Positions 25,550-38,649 of a stretch of 64,000 nucleotides of DNA are shown piece by piece; the stretch's first letter is position 1; each line of letters begins with the position of its first letter. The stretch is from Heteronotia binoei. Taxonomy: Eukaryota. Both the position numbers and the translations under genes were made by a program. The notes beneath the pieces were generated by a model. It saw only the letters and a list, made by a program, of their open reading frames with translations. It was not told the origin of the DNA and searched no databases. The stretch is taken from assembly GCF_032191835.1 (NCBI RefSeq), contig NC_083224.1, positions 157,728,001 through 157,792,000 on the forward strand, read 5' to 3'.

Positions 25550-26312
25550 GATTTATTTATTTATTTATTTAATGGACTTATACCCTGCCCTTCTCACCGA
25601 AGTGTCTCAGGGCGGCTCACAACACAATAATTCACATAATTCAATTTAAAACATTTACAAGTACAGTTAAAACCACAATTGATAAAACAAGATAAAAATA
25701 AAACCAGCGGTCTATAAAAGCATTTTGTTCCATCCAAGATGTTCTCCTCTTCAGTTAGGTGTTGTAGGCCTGCCGGAAGAGGGCTGTCTTACAGGCCCTG
25801 CGGAACTGCCCTAGGTCCCGCAGGGCCCGCACCTCCTCCGGCAGCTGGTTCCACCAGTAAGGTGCCGCTATTGAGAAGGCCCGATCCCTGGTGGATTTTA
25901 GACGGGCCTCGTTTGGCCCGGGGACTACCAACAGGTTTTGTGAACCCGAGCGTAGTACTCTCTGGGGAACGTGTGGGGAGAGACGGTCCCTAAGGTAGGC
26001 AGGTCCTAGGCCATATAGGGCTTTAAAGGTAATGACCAACACCTTGTACTGGACTCGGAATATTACTGGCAGCCAGTGCAGACCCCGGAGCCCCGGCCAA
26101 ATGTGCTCCCATCTTGGGAGCCCTAATAACAGCCGGGCAGCAGCATTCTGCACCAACTGCAGCTTCCGGGTCCGGCACAAGGGTAGCCCCATGTAGAGGG
26201 CATTACAGTAGTCCAACCTCGAGGTGACCGTAGCATGAATCACTGTTGCTAGGTCGTCGCGTTCCAGGAAGGGGGCCAACTGCCTCGCCCGCCTAAGGTG
26301 AAAGAAAGCGGA
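25550..26312 (-). mobile_element. 5'-truncated L2 LINE, relatively young
   Basis: Open C-terminal frame SAFFHL...SRLDYCNALY...KLQLVQNAAARLL...LHWLPV...WNQLPEEVR...RQAYNT*; (TAAA)n tail at 25550-25572; possible GGAT TSD. Confidence 0.92.
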
Positions 26313-26467
26313 TAACGGTTGGGTGAAAACATTGCCGATAAAATGGAAGGCTGAGGAGGGGAGTGAGAGTGAGCGAGCAACTGCACCGGTTGTAATGCCC
26401 CCTCCCTCCTCCACGTGTTGTTAGATAGGAAGCAAAGAAAGCTCCTCCTGTGAGATGGGGGGACCGT

Positions 26468-26657
26468 CAGGGTGTTTTTGTAGCAAAAGCCCAGTAGAAA
26501 TTCATTTGCATATTAAGCCACACCTCCTGATGTCACTGTTGTTTCACACAGGACTTTTTAGTAGCAAAAGCCCAGCAGGAATTCATTTGCATATTAGGTC
26601 TGACATCAAGCCAGCCAGAATTGCATTCCTGTGCGTTCCTGCTCAAAAAAAGCCCTG
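26468..26657. mobile_element. hAT MITE, octamer family
   Basis: CAGGGTGTTTTT / AAAAAAAGCCCTG termini; ATTTGCAT at 26504 and 26585. Confidence 0.8.
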
Positions 26658-27803
26658 CGACCTGTATAGCCTTATTCTGGATTCTGCTTCTCAGTCATGC
26701 TATAATGTAGCAGAACTTTGGGAGCTGGCTGACTGAGCTGTAATATTCACTCTGAAATATGTAAGTGTCTTGAAAATAACCGTGTACCTCTGGAATTATG
26801 ATGTTTTAACACAATTAGCACCCAGTTCATTACACAAGCACTGATTCACAGATACAAAATAAGGTGCTCCATGCAAGTAGAAAACTAGCGCTGCAGCAGG
26901 TAAAGTTCTACCCAATACTCGTTGTGCTGGCTTTCTATTTATGAGGAGTTTTCAAAAATAGAGCAGAATCCCAAAATATGATCTTCTACCTGCAGTCACC
27001 ACCTTCCCTTGCATGTATGAAATCGGAATTAAGGTTTGATACTGGTAATGTCTGAATAGTGCTATATATTTGCTGAGCAGACATGAAATAGTGCTATTTT
27101 AAGTTACTTCTCCTTGACTGAAGGACCTTAACTCATTAAGAAATCTATACTTCTACCATGGTTTTTGGCCAAGCAGGTCATAAGAAGGTTGTGAGAAAAA
27201 TTTCTCCATATCGCCGATCTGATAATAGAAAAATATCTCTGCTGTAAAAAAAAGTGGGGAGGGGGGATATACTAAGGAAAGACAGTCCTATATTGTTTAG
27301 TTATTTATCTTTTGACTATCCTATTATACTCCCCATCAGGGTGGCTGAAAACTGGTAAATAAGTGATCACCCTTTTGAAACATGTGTGAAGTACAAATTC
27401 TAATCCACATTATAGAGATACTCATTTGTTGGTGGAAATGAATCCAGCGTAATCTTAAAACAGAGTTATTCCTTTCAAAATAAACTGAAATCAATAAACT
27501 TTAAAGGGTGGAACTCTGTTTAGGCTTGCATTGCCATGTTCAGATCTGATGCCTAGTAGCCACAAGTTCAAGTTTATATTAGCCCAGGGATATGAGTGAG
27601 AGCATTTAAATGTACATAATTCATTAGATGGTGTACATCAAAGTTGTCTTTCCATGTTGCTTGACTGTGTGGGGGTGGGAAGCAAGACCACACTGCTCTC
27701 TCTCCTGACTTTCACATCATTCAGCTATACATCCATAAATTGTCTTCTCAGCTGGGATCCCTCTTTTTCCAGATCAACAAGTGACAGTAAATAAGGAGCA
27801 GGG

Positions 27804-28009
27804 CAGGGCTTCTTTTGAGCAGCAACGCACAGGAATGCAGTTTCAGCCAGCTTGGCATCAGGGTGTAGCCTAATATGCAAATAAGTTCCTGCTGGGCTTT
27901 TTCTTCAAAAAAGCCCTGCGTAAAACAATGGTTATACCAGGGGGTGTGGCCTAATAAGCAAATGAGTTCCTGCTGAGCTTTTTTTCTACCCCCCCCCCCC
28001 AAAGCCCTG
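27804..28009. mobile_element. hAT MITE, octamer family
   Basis: CAGGGCTTCTTTT / AAAGCCCTG termini; ATGCAAAT at 27875; second octamer decayed. Confidence 0.8.
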
Positions 28010-28901
28010 GGACTTAGACTTGGTGAACACATAGAGTAGAATGAGATGGCAGAGCAGCCTGTGGTATTTCATACTGCAGGGGCCAAAACTCCTATGTTTT
28101 ATGGTTGCCTCCCAAAACCATTCTGCAAATAAAAAAATTAGCAGCTCAGGTTAAAGGTTCTACCCTAGGTTTTCACATTTCATGATAGTTTTCCAGTTAC
28201 AGGGAATTATTAATGTAGGGAAATTTTGGATAAAATGTGATGCCTCAGCTGCAGTATGAAGTAGTATGGGCACCACCTCAGTTCTACTGCTGTTATGTGC
28301 AGACCAGCTCCCAATTGACTGGAATGAGTATAAGAATACTGGGGGTTGACATCTTTTCCCTTCCAGACTCCCGTAACAATCAATTTACATTCTTTTCCTT
28401 GACCCAACAGGCTAGCTATGCCTGTTGTATCAAAATTAAACAGGAGTCCGGCTGCTTTAAAATCAGATGCATAGATTGTTTCTCCCGATCGGCTAAAGTT
28501 ATACTTAAGAGTTTAAAGGAGGAGTGGGAAGAAGCTACAAGGAGAAGCCTTGTGTTTTACATATGCAGCTACTTAGCCATGGAGAACACTACACCTCTGA
28601 TGAAGTCAGCTCCTCCGGCTCACAACAGCATACACTGGGATACATTTTGATAGTTTTCAAAAGTGCTACCAACAACCACATCTCACCAAGGTACGCCGTA
28701 CTGGCTATTAGGAACTGCTAGGAGCGTCCACGACTGACGGCCAGAGGGAAGAGAAGAGCAGAGCTCCCTCCCTTTTGGGGGACGTGGAGGAGGCGGGCTG
28801 GTTTGAAAGGCAGGCGGCGGCGGCGGCTAAGTCGAGCAATTCGGGCGGGCGCAGTAAGACGAGCGTGGGGCCGCCGCCGCGTAGCAGCGCCGCCTGCCTG
28901 A

Positions 28902-29270
<369 letters not shown>

Positions 29271-31809
29271 TAGGTGCTCTCATTTCCTCTTCCCCGCCCC
29301 CCCCCCCCCGGTTTTGTTGGAGAGCCACGCAGGATGTCTTCGTGGTGAGGAACTTTCCTTCCCGTGCCGCCTCCCCCTTGTTGCAAAACGCATTTATTCC
29401 CACCACGGAAGCCCGGGGGAGGGGAGAAATCTACTACCCACCGCGGAAGCTTAAAATTGGACCCGGAGCTACGTTGAGCGCCGAGCCCGAGGAGATCACA
29501 TTGTGTAAACGTGGAGGCAACTCTGCCCATGCTCAGACGCATCGCTGTTGCATGCTAAATATACTATATATCTAAAACTCTCCATATTTCTCAATTTCTG
29601 TTTTCCTTCCCAGAGAACATGTCACGTTCTGTTGCTGCCCAAAACACATCTGTCTGCACCAGAGTTGATAGCCTCCTCAACATAAGTTGATATATTAGGA
29701 ACTCTTATTGTATACGATTTCACAGTATTTCTCTATTAAATTTCTTGCAAAACGTAGCCCCCATAAGGTATGAAAGAATTGGAAGAGGCAGAACTCTTTT
29801 GTCACATTCTCCCCTGTAACGTACATTGGCGGAGAGCAAGACTAACCAGTGTGCTCTGCCAGCAGAGTCAATAGTTCTTGCATGTGTGTCAAGCCATATC
29901 CTATGGGCAGAAACACACAAACAAAATCTCACACTCAACCAATTTGCAGTGCAAGTTGGCTGATCTTCCAGTATAAGTGTCCTTATGGAGAAACACAATA
30001 TTTAATGCAGTACACCACAGATAGAAACTGGGTTCACACATGCAAAGTGCCACCTGGGGTGGTGTCCATGCATAACCAGGTGGAGGCCACTTTGCATGAC
30101 TGTTCCAGCAGTGTTGACCATGCTGCCTAATCCCTCTATTTTTGCAGTGATTTTGTAGAAACAGCTAAATGCAAAACAGCATCAGGTGCTACTTGTTTCT
30201 ATGTGATACAGTTTTAAAACGTATCGGTTTAGTAAGTATAATTCTCAACATGGCCAAAGCTGTGGATACTGAAATCCAGAGATTGGAGCCATAAACAAAC
30301 AAGATAGATCTGTCTACAAATTTGAGAAAAGCCCCAAGTTTGCAGAAAAATCTGAAATAATACATTGGTGGTTAAACCTCCCCCCCCCCCCAAAAAAAAG
30401 ACAGATCCAGCACTTGTAGCTTTAAGACTACAGCATCTCTCAGTACTGTTACTAGGCAACCACAACTGTATTGCCAGTTGAAGTCTTGGTTTCTGTCACT
30501 TAAAGGCACAGGGAGGGGCAGGGCCCTTTCGAGGACTGTTTTGGCCTTTGAGGAAGCATCAGAGCCAGTTCAGGCTGTAATTACTGGATGACTTTATACT
30601 ACTGAGTTCCATATTCCCCTGGACCCAGTTGTTTGCTAGTGTTCCACAGCAGCCACTCAATGAAGCCAGTGTGGTTTAGCAGTTAGATTTTCAGACTAGG
30701 ATCTGGGGAATTCAGGTCCAGTTCCCCACCCTGCCATGGAATTTTGCTGGATGATTGGGAAGCAGGTAATGGTAGGTTGGCTGTACAAGAAGGAGGCAGG
30801 GAAAGGAGAGAGTCTGGGGGGGGGGGCTTTCAGGGAAGGGAAAGAGGAAATAGTGAAGGAGGGGGAAATGAGGTTGATCCACAGGCCCTTGTGGGTCACT
30901 ACTTGTTTTTAGATATTTCTTAATATGAGTAAGAGCCTAGAGTGATTGGGCCCTGAATGTATTCCAAAATTTACAACCTGTCTCCCCAAGCTGAATGTGG
31001 CTGAAGAATCTTAATCGTTGCATATTTGGAGGAGAGATTAAAAATAATAAAACAAATATTTGGGGAGAAACAACTTTTCAGCTTAATGGGTCACAAGTTC
31101 AGCACCATAAAAAGTAGTAAATTCACATTCATGAATTTTCCCCGGGTCATTTAAGTAACCACCAGTGTTGTAAAAATGTACTATTTAAGGTTCTGTGGGG
31201 AGTCTAATAAGGTAATTTCTCCCTATTTCTAGCCCAAAGTTATTAAAAGTCAGCTTGTGTACGCTAGTTCTTCATACCGATACCCAAAAAACTGAATGAT
31301 TAATTCCATATGCCTAAAGGGACTTAATTGTTGTGGTTGTTACTATATTAATATCATTATATATATATCATACTTGTTGTTCTTAATGTATTGTTATTAT
31401 TATTCTGAAACTGTTATTTTAAAATGATGTGGTCTGACTGGAAGCTGTTCCTAGATTTCTTGCATATGTTTTTAAATGATCTTAATATTTATTATTTTAT
31501 TGCTTTGTTTTTGTTTTATTCATAATCCCACCACCCTATGGTTGAAGGGATTGAAATAAAGAATTGTCTATTTTAAAAAAAGCTACTCAAACACAAAAAA
31601 TCATTCTTAGTGAGTTCACTTCAAGTAGATACCTGGGTTGTGGCCATTTTACCCTATATTGCAACTATATCCTTTCTTGGCCTTTTGCTAGCTCAGCAAA
31701 GACAATTTCTGCTTATTTCCTCAGTTATTCTGACTACTCTTCTTTGCTTATTTCTACTTGAATCCATGCTTTGTGTGACTTGTATAACAGTAACTCCAAA
31801 TGTTATCAC

Positions 31810-32728
31810 AAAGTGTGTTTCCCTGTATGACCCAGAAACTCCAATTGGTTCAAAATGCAGTGGTGTTTGTGCTTACTACCACTCCATCTAGAGCAGGGGT
31901 GTCAAACATGCATCCCGGGGGCCGAATCAGGCCCCCGGAGGGCTCCTATGAGGCCCACGAGCAACTGGCTGTCATCTTCTTCTGTCTCTCTGTTTCTTGC
32001 TTCCTTCTGCATAACAGCTTGCTTTGACAGGCTTGCTCAATTGCACAGGAGATACAGAGCGAAACTTCTATCTTCTCCATTGGCTGAGGCTCCTCCCTTG
32101 AGGGGAGGCAGAACTTGTTTTTCCAGGCTCTCTCAATCACACAGCAGAGCTACTGAGCCAAACCTCTCTCCCTTCTATTAGCTGAGGCTCCTTCATACCC
32201 TGTACTCTGGGGAAGGAAGGAAAGAGACACACCTTCTTTTGCCCAGTTCTCTGGATCCCATGGGAGAAATACAAAGAAAGGACCTTTAAGACCAATTAGT
32301 GCTAACGTTTTAAGTATATTTTACGTTTTTTAAAAAAATATTTAATTGTGTTTGTCTGTGTCCTTTATAAAATTTATATCTCTGCTATCTAATCTTAAAT
32401 AGGTACACATATGGCCCAGCCCGACATGGCCTTGCCCAACCTTCCATGGCCCGGCCCAACAAGGTCTCATTTATGTCAGATCCAACCCTCATAACAAATG
32501 AGTTTGACACCCCTGATTCTAGAGCCCATATACATCCAGTGCATTGTCAGCTGCACTGGCTCCAAGTTGAATTCCAGATCAGATTCAAGATTTTGGTTTT
32601 AACCTTCAAAGCCCTATGCAGTCTGGGACCAACAAACCTTTGGGACCATCTGTTTTGGTACGCTCTATGAATAACAACCTTCTTGTGATCCCTGGCCCAA
32701 AAAGTATTTGTTTTGCCTCAACTTGGGT
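31810..32728 (+). mobile_element. Old L2 fragment split by a hAT MITE
   Basis: QKLQLVQNAVVFVLTTTPSR | AHIHPVHCQLHWLQVEFQIRFKILVLTFKAL is contiguous when 31894-32515 is removed. Confidence 0.8.
31894..32515. mobile_element. hAT non-autonomous element
   Basis: 14-bp TIR CAGGGGTGTCAAAC / GTTTGACACCCCTG; TSD ATCTAGAG / AT(T)CTAGAG with TCTAGA core. Confidence 0.88.
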
Positions 32729-33052
32729 CAGAGCTACTGAGCCAGGCCTCTCTTACTTCTATTGGCAGAGGCTCCTCCCCTCCTGGTCCCTGGGGAAGGA
32801 AGGAAAGAGCCAGAGCTTTCTTTGCCCAGTTCACTGGATTGCACAGGAGAGATACAAAGAAAGCACATTTAAGGCCAACAAATGCTAATGTTTCAAGCAT
32901 GTTTTAAGTTTTTAAAAAAAAGAACTTTTTTGTTTGTGTCCTTTATAGAGTTTATGTGTCTGCTCCCTGGCATTACATTTTATGTAATGGCCTGGCCCAA
33001 CAAGGTCTCATTTATGTCAGATTCGGCCCTCCTAATGAGTTTAACACTCCTG
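32729..33052. mobile_element. 3' half of the same hAT element family
   Basis: Colinear with the 3' half of 31894-32515 and ends gtttaacactcctg. Confidence 0.8.
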
Positions 33053-33079
33053 CTATAGGGTATAAAGAGACTTGATCTA

Positions 33080-33400
33080 TGGGTATCTGGAGCTCTGTGA
33101 GGGGGGGCTGTTTTCTGAGATAGAGGCACCAAATTTTCTGCATAACATCCAATGCCTCTTCTCAAAACACTCCCCCCCAAGTTTCAAAAAGACCAGGGGG
33201 TCCAGTTTCATGAGCCTCAAAAGAAGGTGCACCATCCTTCATTATTTTCAAATGGAGGGAAGGCATTCAAAAGACTTGCGGTTCCTTTAAATGTGATTAC
33301 CAGAACTCCCTTCAAAGTTCAGTTATGATTGTCATACCCTTGCTCCTGGCTCCACCCCTAAAATCCCCAGATATTTCTTGAATCAGATGTGGCAATCCTA
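33080..33400. mobile_element. Partial hAT MITE (TAGGGTTGCCA family)
   Basis: Ends gtggcaatccta, a degenerate reverse complement of tagggttgcca. Confidence 0.55.
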
Positions 33401-33829
33401 TATTCGGTCCAAATAAAGTGACCTTATAAACTTTAATGTTATCCTAGATTTATCCTCCAACTGGAGGCAGGTAAACTAGAAGAACAGCAAGGATGTGGCA
33501 TGTGCTGGCAAATCTCATCTACCAGTTTCAGTTACAAATATCACTATGTCTAGTAGTAAACTGGCTGGCCTTTGTGGATGTAGACAAGGCACTATCTTTC
33601 TTCTCAAGGGGCTCCTCAGATATGCAGGAATACTTGATGTAAAACTAACAAGAAAAAGAGGGAGGTGGACACCAGAAGGGATAGAAGGAGTTGAGGGGAA
33701 ATTTTGGAAGGGAGGATTTCCAAATTTCCCCAGCCAGCCCATTATTTCTTGTGTTCCAGATTGAGAAGCCCCTTCTCCCCACCAGCACTATCTCATTATT
33801 ATTACACTTTTTTGCCATAGGAAAAGAAA

Positions 33830-33960
33830 GGAAAGGTCCCCTGTGCAAGCAACAGTCGTTTTCGACTCTGGAGTGACGTTGCTTTCACAACATTTTCACG
33901 GCAGACTTTTTACGGGGTGGTTTGCCATTGCCTTTCCTGGTCATCTACACTTTCCCCAGG
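33830..33960 (-). mobile_element. Sauria-type SINE 3' part
   Basis: ggggtggtttgccattgccttt motif (reverse of ggcaatggcaaaccacc) and cagtcgttttcgact tail. Confidence 0.55.
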
Positions 33961-36900
33961 TCTGTTACCAGTTGTTGCTGCAAACATTCTGAGCAACAGA
34001 TACAACTCGCTTCACTTTTTGTCTCAAACTTTTCAGCTGCTGTCCTGCTGTTCTTGCATCTCAGTTCCATGGATTCTGCAGTTGCAAGAGCAACTATAGT
34101 ATTCTTGCATCAAGCTAATGACTGTCTTGTTGTTTTAGCGTATACAGCTGGATGAGCTGTGGAAAGTATATACCCTAACAATACTGAATCTTAGTTTCTT
34201 ATGGATTTCTCTTGTGTGGAAGCTGACAATAAGACTTTTAACTATAAATATATAGTTAAATGGCTGTCTGTTTTAAATTAATTGTCTTCTTGCAATTTTC
34301 ATTAGTAAATGTGGATGTGGGTGGATAGCAAATTGGTAGTCTGTTAGTTACTGCAGTTATTAAAAATTACATCCTTTAGTTTGGATTTCCAGTGAGCCTC
34401 TGTGGTTTATTAGCATGTATATTGATATTAGGCCTGGGAAACTTGGATTAAAATCCCTACCATGGATAAATTACAAAACCAGAGTCAGCATATCCCGAGG
34501 TGGAGGAAGTGCTGGAGTCATGGCTTCAGGTGGGGCACACTGCTACCAGTTCCCTACCCAGGCATCCCCTCTGCCTGTGCCCTTCCCACATCCACTTGCT
34601 AGCACTCTGCCACGAGCACCCTCAGCTCCACTGGTGAGAGTAGCTGTGCGTGCAGGTGGTGGAGGATGAACAGGCAGGTGGAGTCATGCAGGAGGAAGGG
34701 AACAGAGTAGGGTAGGGTAACTCTCTCCACCCCTTGGCACTCTTTGCCTGCCCCCCCCCAAAAAAACCCTGATGCATTGTGTTGCTATCTATAAAACAGA
34801 TGCATTGTGTTGCTATCTATAAAACAGCTTCCTGATGCCCTGACTACATATGTGTTGATAGAGTGAACCTGTTTTAAACATTGTATGTAAATTATTATCA
34901 GTGGCAACATCTCTTATGGTTTGTGTTCCAGATTGTGATTTCTTTAGTCTGCACACTGCCTTGTTTAGACTTGGCGTAACAGTTTGGAGGGCACTTAAAA
35001 GTCAGCTTTAAAGAATATTTAATTGAATAGTGTTTTGAAGTGATGATGTAAAAAGCAGCCATGTCAGTATTGACATAATATTCTGCTTTTCTTGCATGGT
35101 AATATATCATATTTTAATTTTTGTAATGTGTAGAAACACACATTTACCCTGTAAAATATGGGCTAGGTAATGACTTGCCCATGAATAAGCAAGTGAGTTG
35201 TGAGTCCTGAGTCTCACTGGGACTGAATGTCTGAATTCAAACCTGGCCATCTTATAGTATAATGGATGCTTTTCTTTAATGGCTGTGGGGAAATCATGGG
35301 TATAAAGTGGCAAGCTATGCTTGGCCAGGCCATAATATTGGGGACATAATAAAGTTGCGCATTAAGCGTTGCAGAGTGAATTAATGGAATTGATTTGTGT
35401 TGAGTTCCCATTTCCCCCAGCAGCTTCCTGTACCCTTCCAAATGCTGTTACTGAGGACCAAGGAACCCTTCAGTATAGGATACCATGCAGCATAACATGA
35501 TGCAGCAAGAATAGGGACTCAGTAGAATTGTTCTTTCTTCTGTTTTCATTAACATAGTGGGCTTGTTATACTCACTTGAAGGATTCTTGCTGACTCCTCC
35601 TTCTTGCTGTATCAGCCCCATGCCCTATGGTATCCTGTTTGGAAGGGTTCCTCAACCCTCAGCAGTGATATTTCAAGGAGTACAGGAAGCTCCTGAAGGA
35701 AATGAAAGCAGCACAATTTTAGAAGCAAGCCCTAAATTTTGAAGGTAGATACCTGCCTGTATGTTGCAAAGTATGCTTGGTGCCTAACCTGTCTTTGCAG
35801 CCACGTTACACATGAAGTGGCCTTTTGTCATGCACAAATAGTGAGGAGCTAAGTCTGAAATTTAAGACTGGCAGAACTCTATGGAAACTTCTCCACTGTT
35901 CATAGATTTCACATTCTCATTTGATGATTTGCAGATTAAGAATGTTTATCTTTTGCCATTTCCAGGTTGTTTTTCTCCATGTGGATTCATAGCACAAGTG
36001 AAGAAAAGATAATGTGAGAAGCAGTCAGACTGCAGTGCTGGCATGGTGTCATATTTTATGACTTGGTATATGTCCATGTTTAAGTATTCACTTTCTGGCA
36101 CAGTAAATATTGAACAAAATTATAACATTGTATTCCAGATTAATCAATCTGGGATGCAAATTTCCACCTGCTAGTTCCATACTCTCAATTTCCAGGCAGC
36201 TATAATTTTTATATTGCAAGGTAAGAAAACCATTGTTTTTACTACTCTTGTTTGTGAATATGGAAGGATGATGAAAAGAACTGGAAAGCAAAAAAAGTCA
36301 TATTCTTCTCAGATGTACTATCTGAGTTAAAGCTGAGGAAATAAGCATTAGTGTGATACTACTTGGCTTGTAGCTCTTCATGTATTTTTTTAGTAAGATT
36401 GTACTAATTTTCCTGCCATATTAAAATAAAGTGTTTCCTGTTCTGAAAGAACAAACAGTTCTTTCTCCTAGTTCTGCTCCTAGTATAAGAATTATTTTGA
36501 AATATCTAATATATTCACTTTGACTTGCCATTTCTCCTTCGTAAAAAAATGAATACTTCATTTTCAGTGGCACGCACATCATACATAGCCATACTCTTTG
36601 TTTTAAAACATACACTTCCGTTTGGAACTTCAGTGTGCTTTTTTAGTTTGAAAATATAAAAAATTAATGCTATTTCCTGTGTCTGGCATATTTTACTGGC
36701 AAGTGGCTTTGATATAACTAGCATAGCCAAGTAAATCTAGCTGTGGAGGACTTGAATGCCTATGCTTACACAACAGAACTGAAACTGTCAAGTTGATTCT
36801 TTCTGCAAGATACTAGTGGATGTGCAAAGCAGAACAAAGTTTTAAGTGTCTGTATTCAGAAAAGGCAATTGTTTTGAGGGCTGGCACTTTGAACATATTT

Positions 36901-36971
36901 TTGGCCTCTGATGTAAATGTTAGAAAGAGAGAATTTTTGAGACCATCATGTCAAAGAATATTTTTACCTTG

Positions 36972-36974
<3 letters not shown>

Positions 36975-37052
<78 letters not shown>
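36975..37052. repeat. (AT)39 microsatellite
   Basis: Uninterrupted AT dinucleotide run of 78 bp. Confidence 0.98.
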
Positions 37053-37054
<2 letters not shown>

Positions 37055-37069
37055 CAAAACATAAGTAGT

Positions 37070-37680
37070 ACTGGTAGAGAAGTTCCAGGCCTTGAAACTA
37101 TGTTGGCCACTTTATCTCAGCTTTGTATTATTTGTGTTTGACTCTGATGGAAACATGTTGCACATTGTACTCTGGAATGAAATTTCATATTGCTCTAGGG
37201 AATGGCAAAGAGCCATAGTCCTTCCTATATATTTAACACCCCTCTGAATGATTGATGAAGTAACAATGACAGATGATGATTTTTGCACACTGCTGACTTG
37301 AAGCATTGAGCATCTTTTTGCTCTTAGAGACTGCTGCCCTTGCCATCCCTGACTGACTTCTATCAGTTGGACAGCTTCCAGTTTTCTTTTCAAAATAATG
37401 TGAGAAGCAGTCAGCCTGCAGTGCTGGAATGGTGTCAAATATATTTCTGTGGTCACTTTTAATCTGTCTATTCCTCTGGGTGAACCACATGTTCATCCAA
37501 AATTCTGTTGAGGCCATAGTCCAACTAGCTGTAGTTCCTTTAGATTATTCTGTTGGTTCAACAAATCTAGTCCAACTGAAGAATGTAGCTTATGGAAGAT
37601 ATATTGTAGAAAATGGTGTGCCATTCATGGGCAGGATGGTTTTGTGGGGGAATCTGTCACTTTCTGAAATTGTCTAATTA
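37070..37680 (+). mobile_element. Possible very old LINE RT remnant
   Basis: EWQRAIVLPIY at 37200-37232 resembles the LINE RT W..A.V.PI motif; a GF-like motif follows near 37630. Weak. Confidence 0.3.
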
Positions 37681-38649
37681 GTGTTTATGCCTTCCAAATT
37701 ATGGAGTCCATTTTCAAATAGTTTGTAAGATGAAAAGGAGGCTTTGACTCTCCATGAAGAAAATGGATATAAATAATTCAGTATATGCATATGTTACAAT
37801 TTTGCAGTGTTACATAACTCAGTTATTAAAATGGAGTTCCTACCTCACAAAAATTCCAGCAAAGTGGCATTGCAATTTTCCATTCTACATACCGTAGATG
37901 AGAAAACCTTCTCTGTAGTCCTTTTTGCCTTACAATTTTTTTAAATTTTAAATTAATGTAATAGGTACATGGTCACATAACCATGCACTGGGTAGAAATA
38001 AAATCAGTTTTTAAACTTGAATTTCTCCTCTCTCTGATCCAGTTAGAGGGATCCTTAGTGTTTCTCTCTCTGTGCATGCATTCACTTGAGTGTGTTTGAA
38101 GTGCTTTGCCTGCATGACCTTGTGGCAACCCTTGTGTTCAGCATTATTCTCATATTATAGGTGGGGGCTTGGGTTAGGAGCAGTTGTTCAAGGTCACCTG
38201 GTAAATTCATGATTGATTCTGTTAAATTCTGTCTCAACTGGAGATGCATTGGAGCACATTCTTTACTTTTCTTATCATTTAATATCACTGATGACTCTTG
38301 CGGATTAATCTTGTTCCCAAAGGCTCAACGATCATTTTGAAATATATTGGTCTTTTTTGAGGTGATAAAAATCTGGATCATGATGCTGACAAAGCTAAAC
38401 AGCAATCTTAAGAACACTTTCTTGGAAGGTAGCCCCATGGAATAAACCTAAGTAGGATTCTAAGTAGACCTTCTTAGGATTGTGCTTTCCAACACATGTT
38501 CCATTGATGTCAGCTAGAAAAGATTAATCACCTGATTACATCTTTTCTAAAGAAATCAAAGGAGTATTAAATATTTAGCCTCATTTAAATTATGCCCCAG
38601 GTTTTTATTTCAACAGACTAAAAGTCAACTTGGTGTGCAAAATCATTGC

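Noticed and set aside
25755-26414. 219-aa ORF as a host or chimeric gene
   Set aside because: It is an L2 ORF2 C-terminus; the start codon lies in flanking DNA and there is no promoter or splice evidence.
37112-37456. GVKYIGRT as a GIY-YIG motif
   Set aside because: No upstream IY motif or downstream R..EH; the opposite strand looks more like a LINE remnant.
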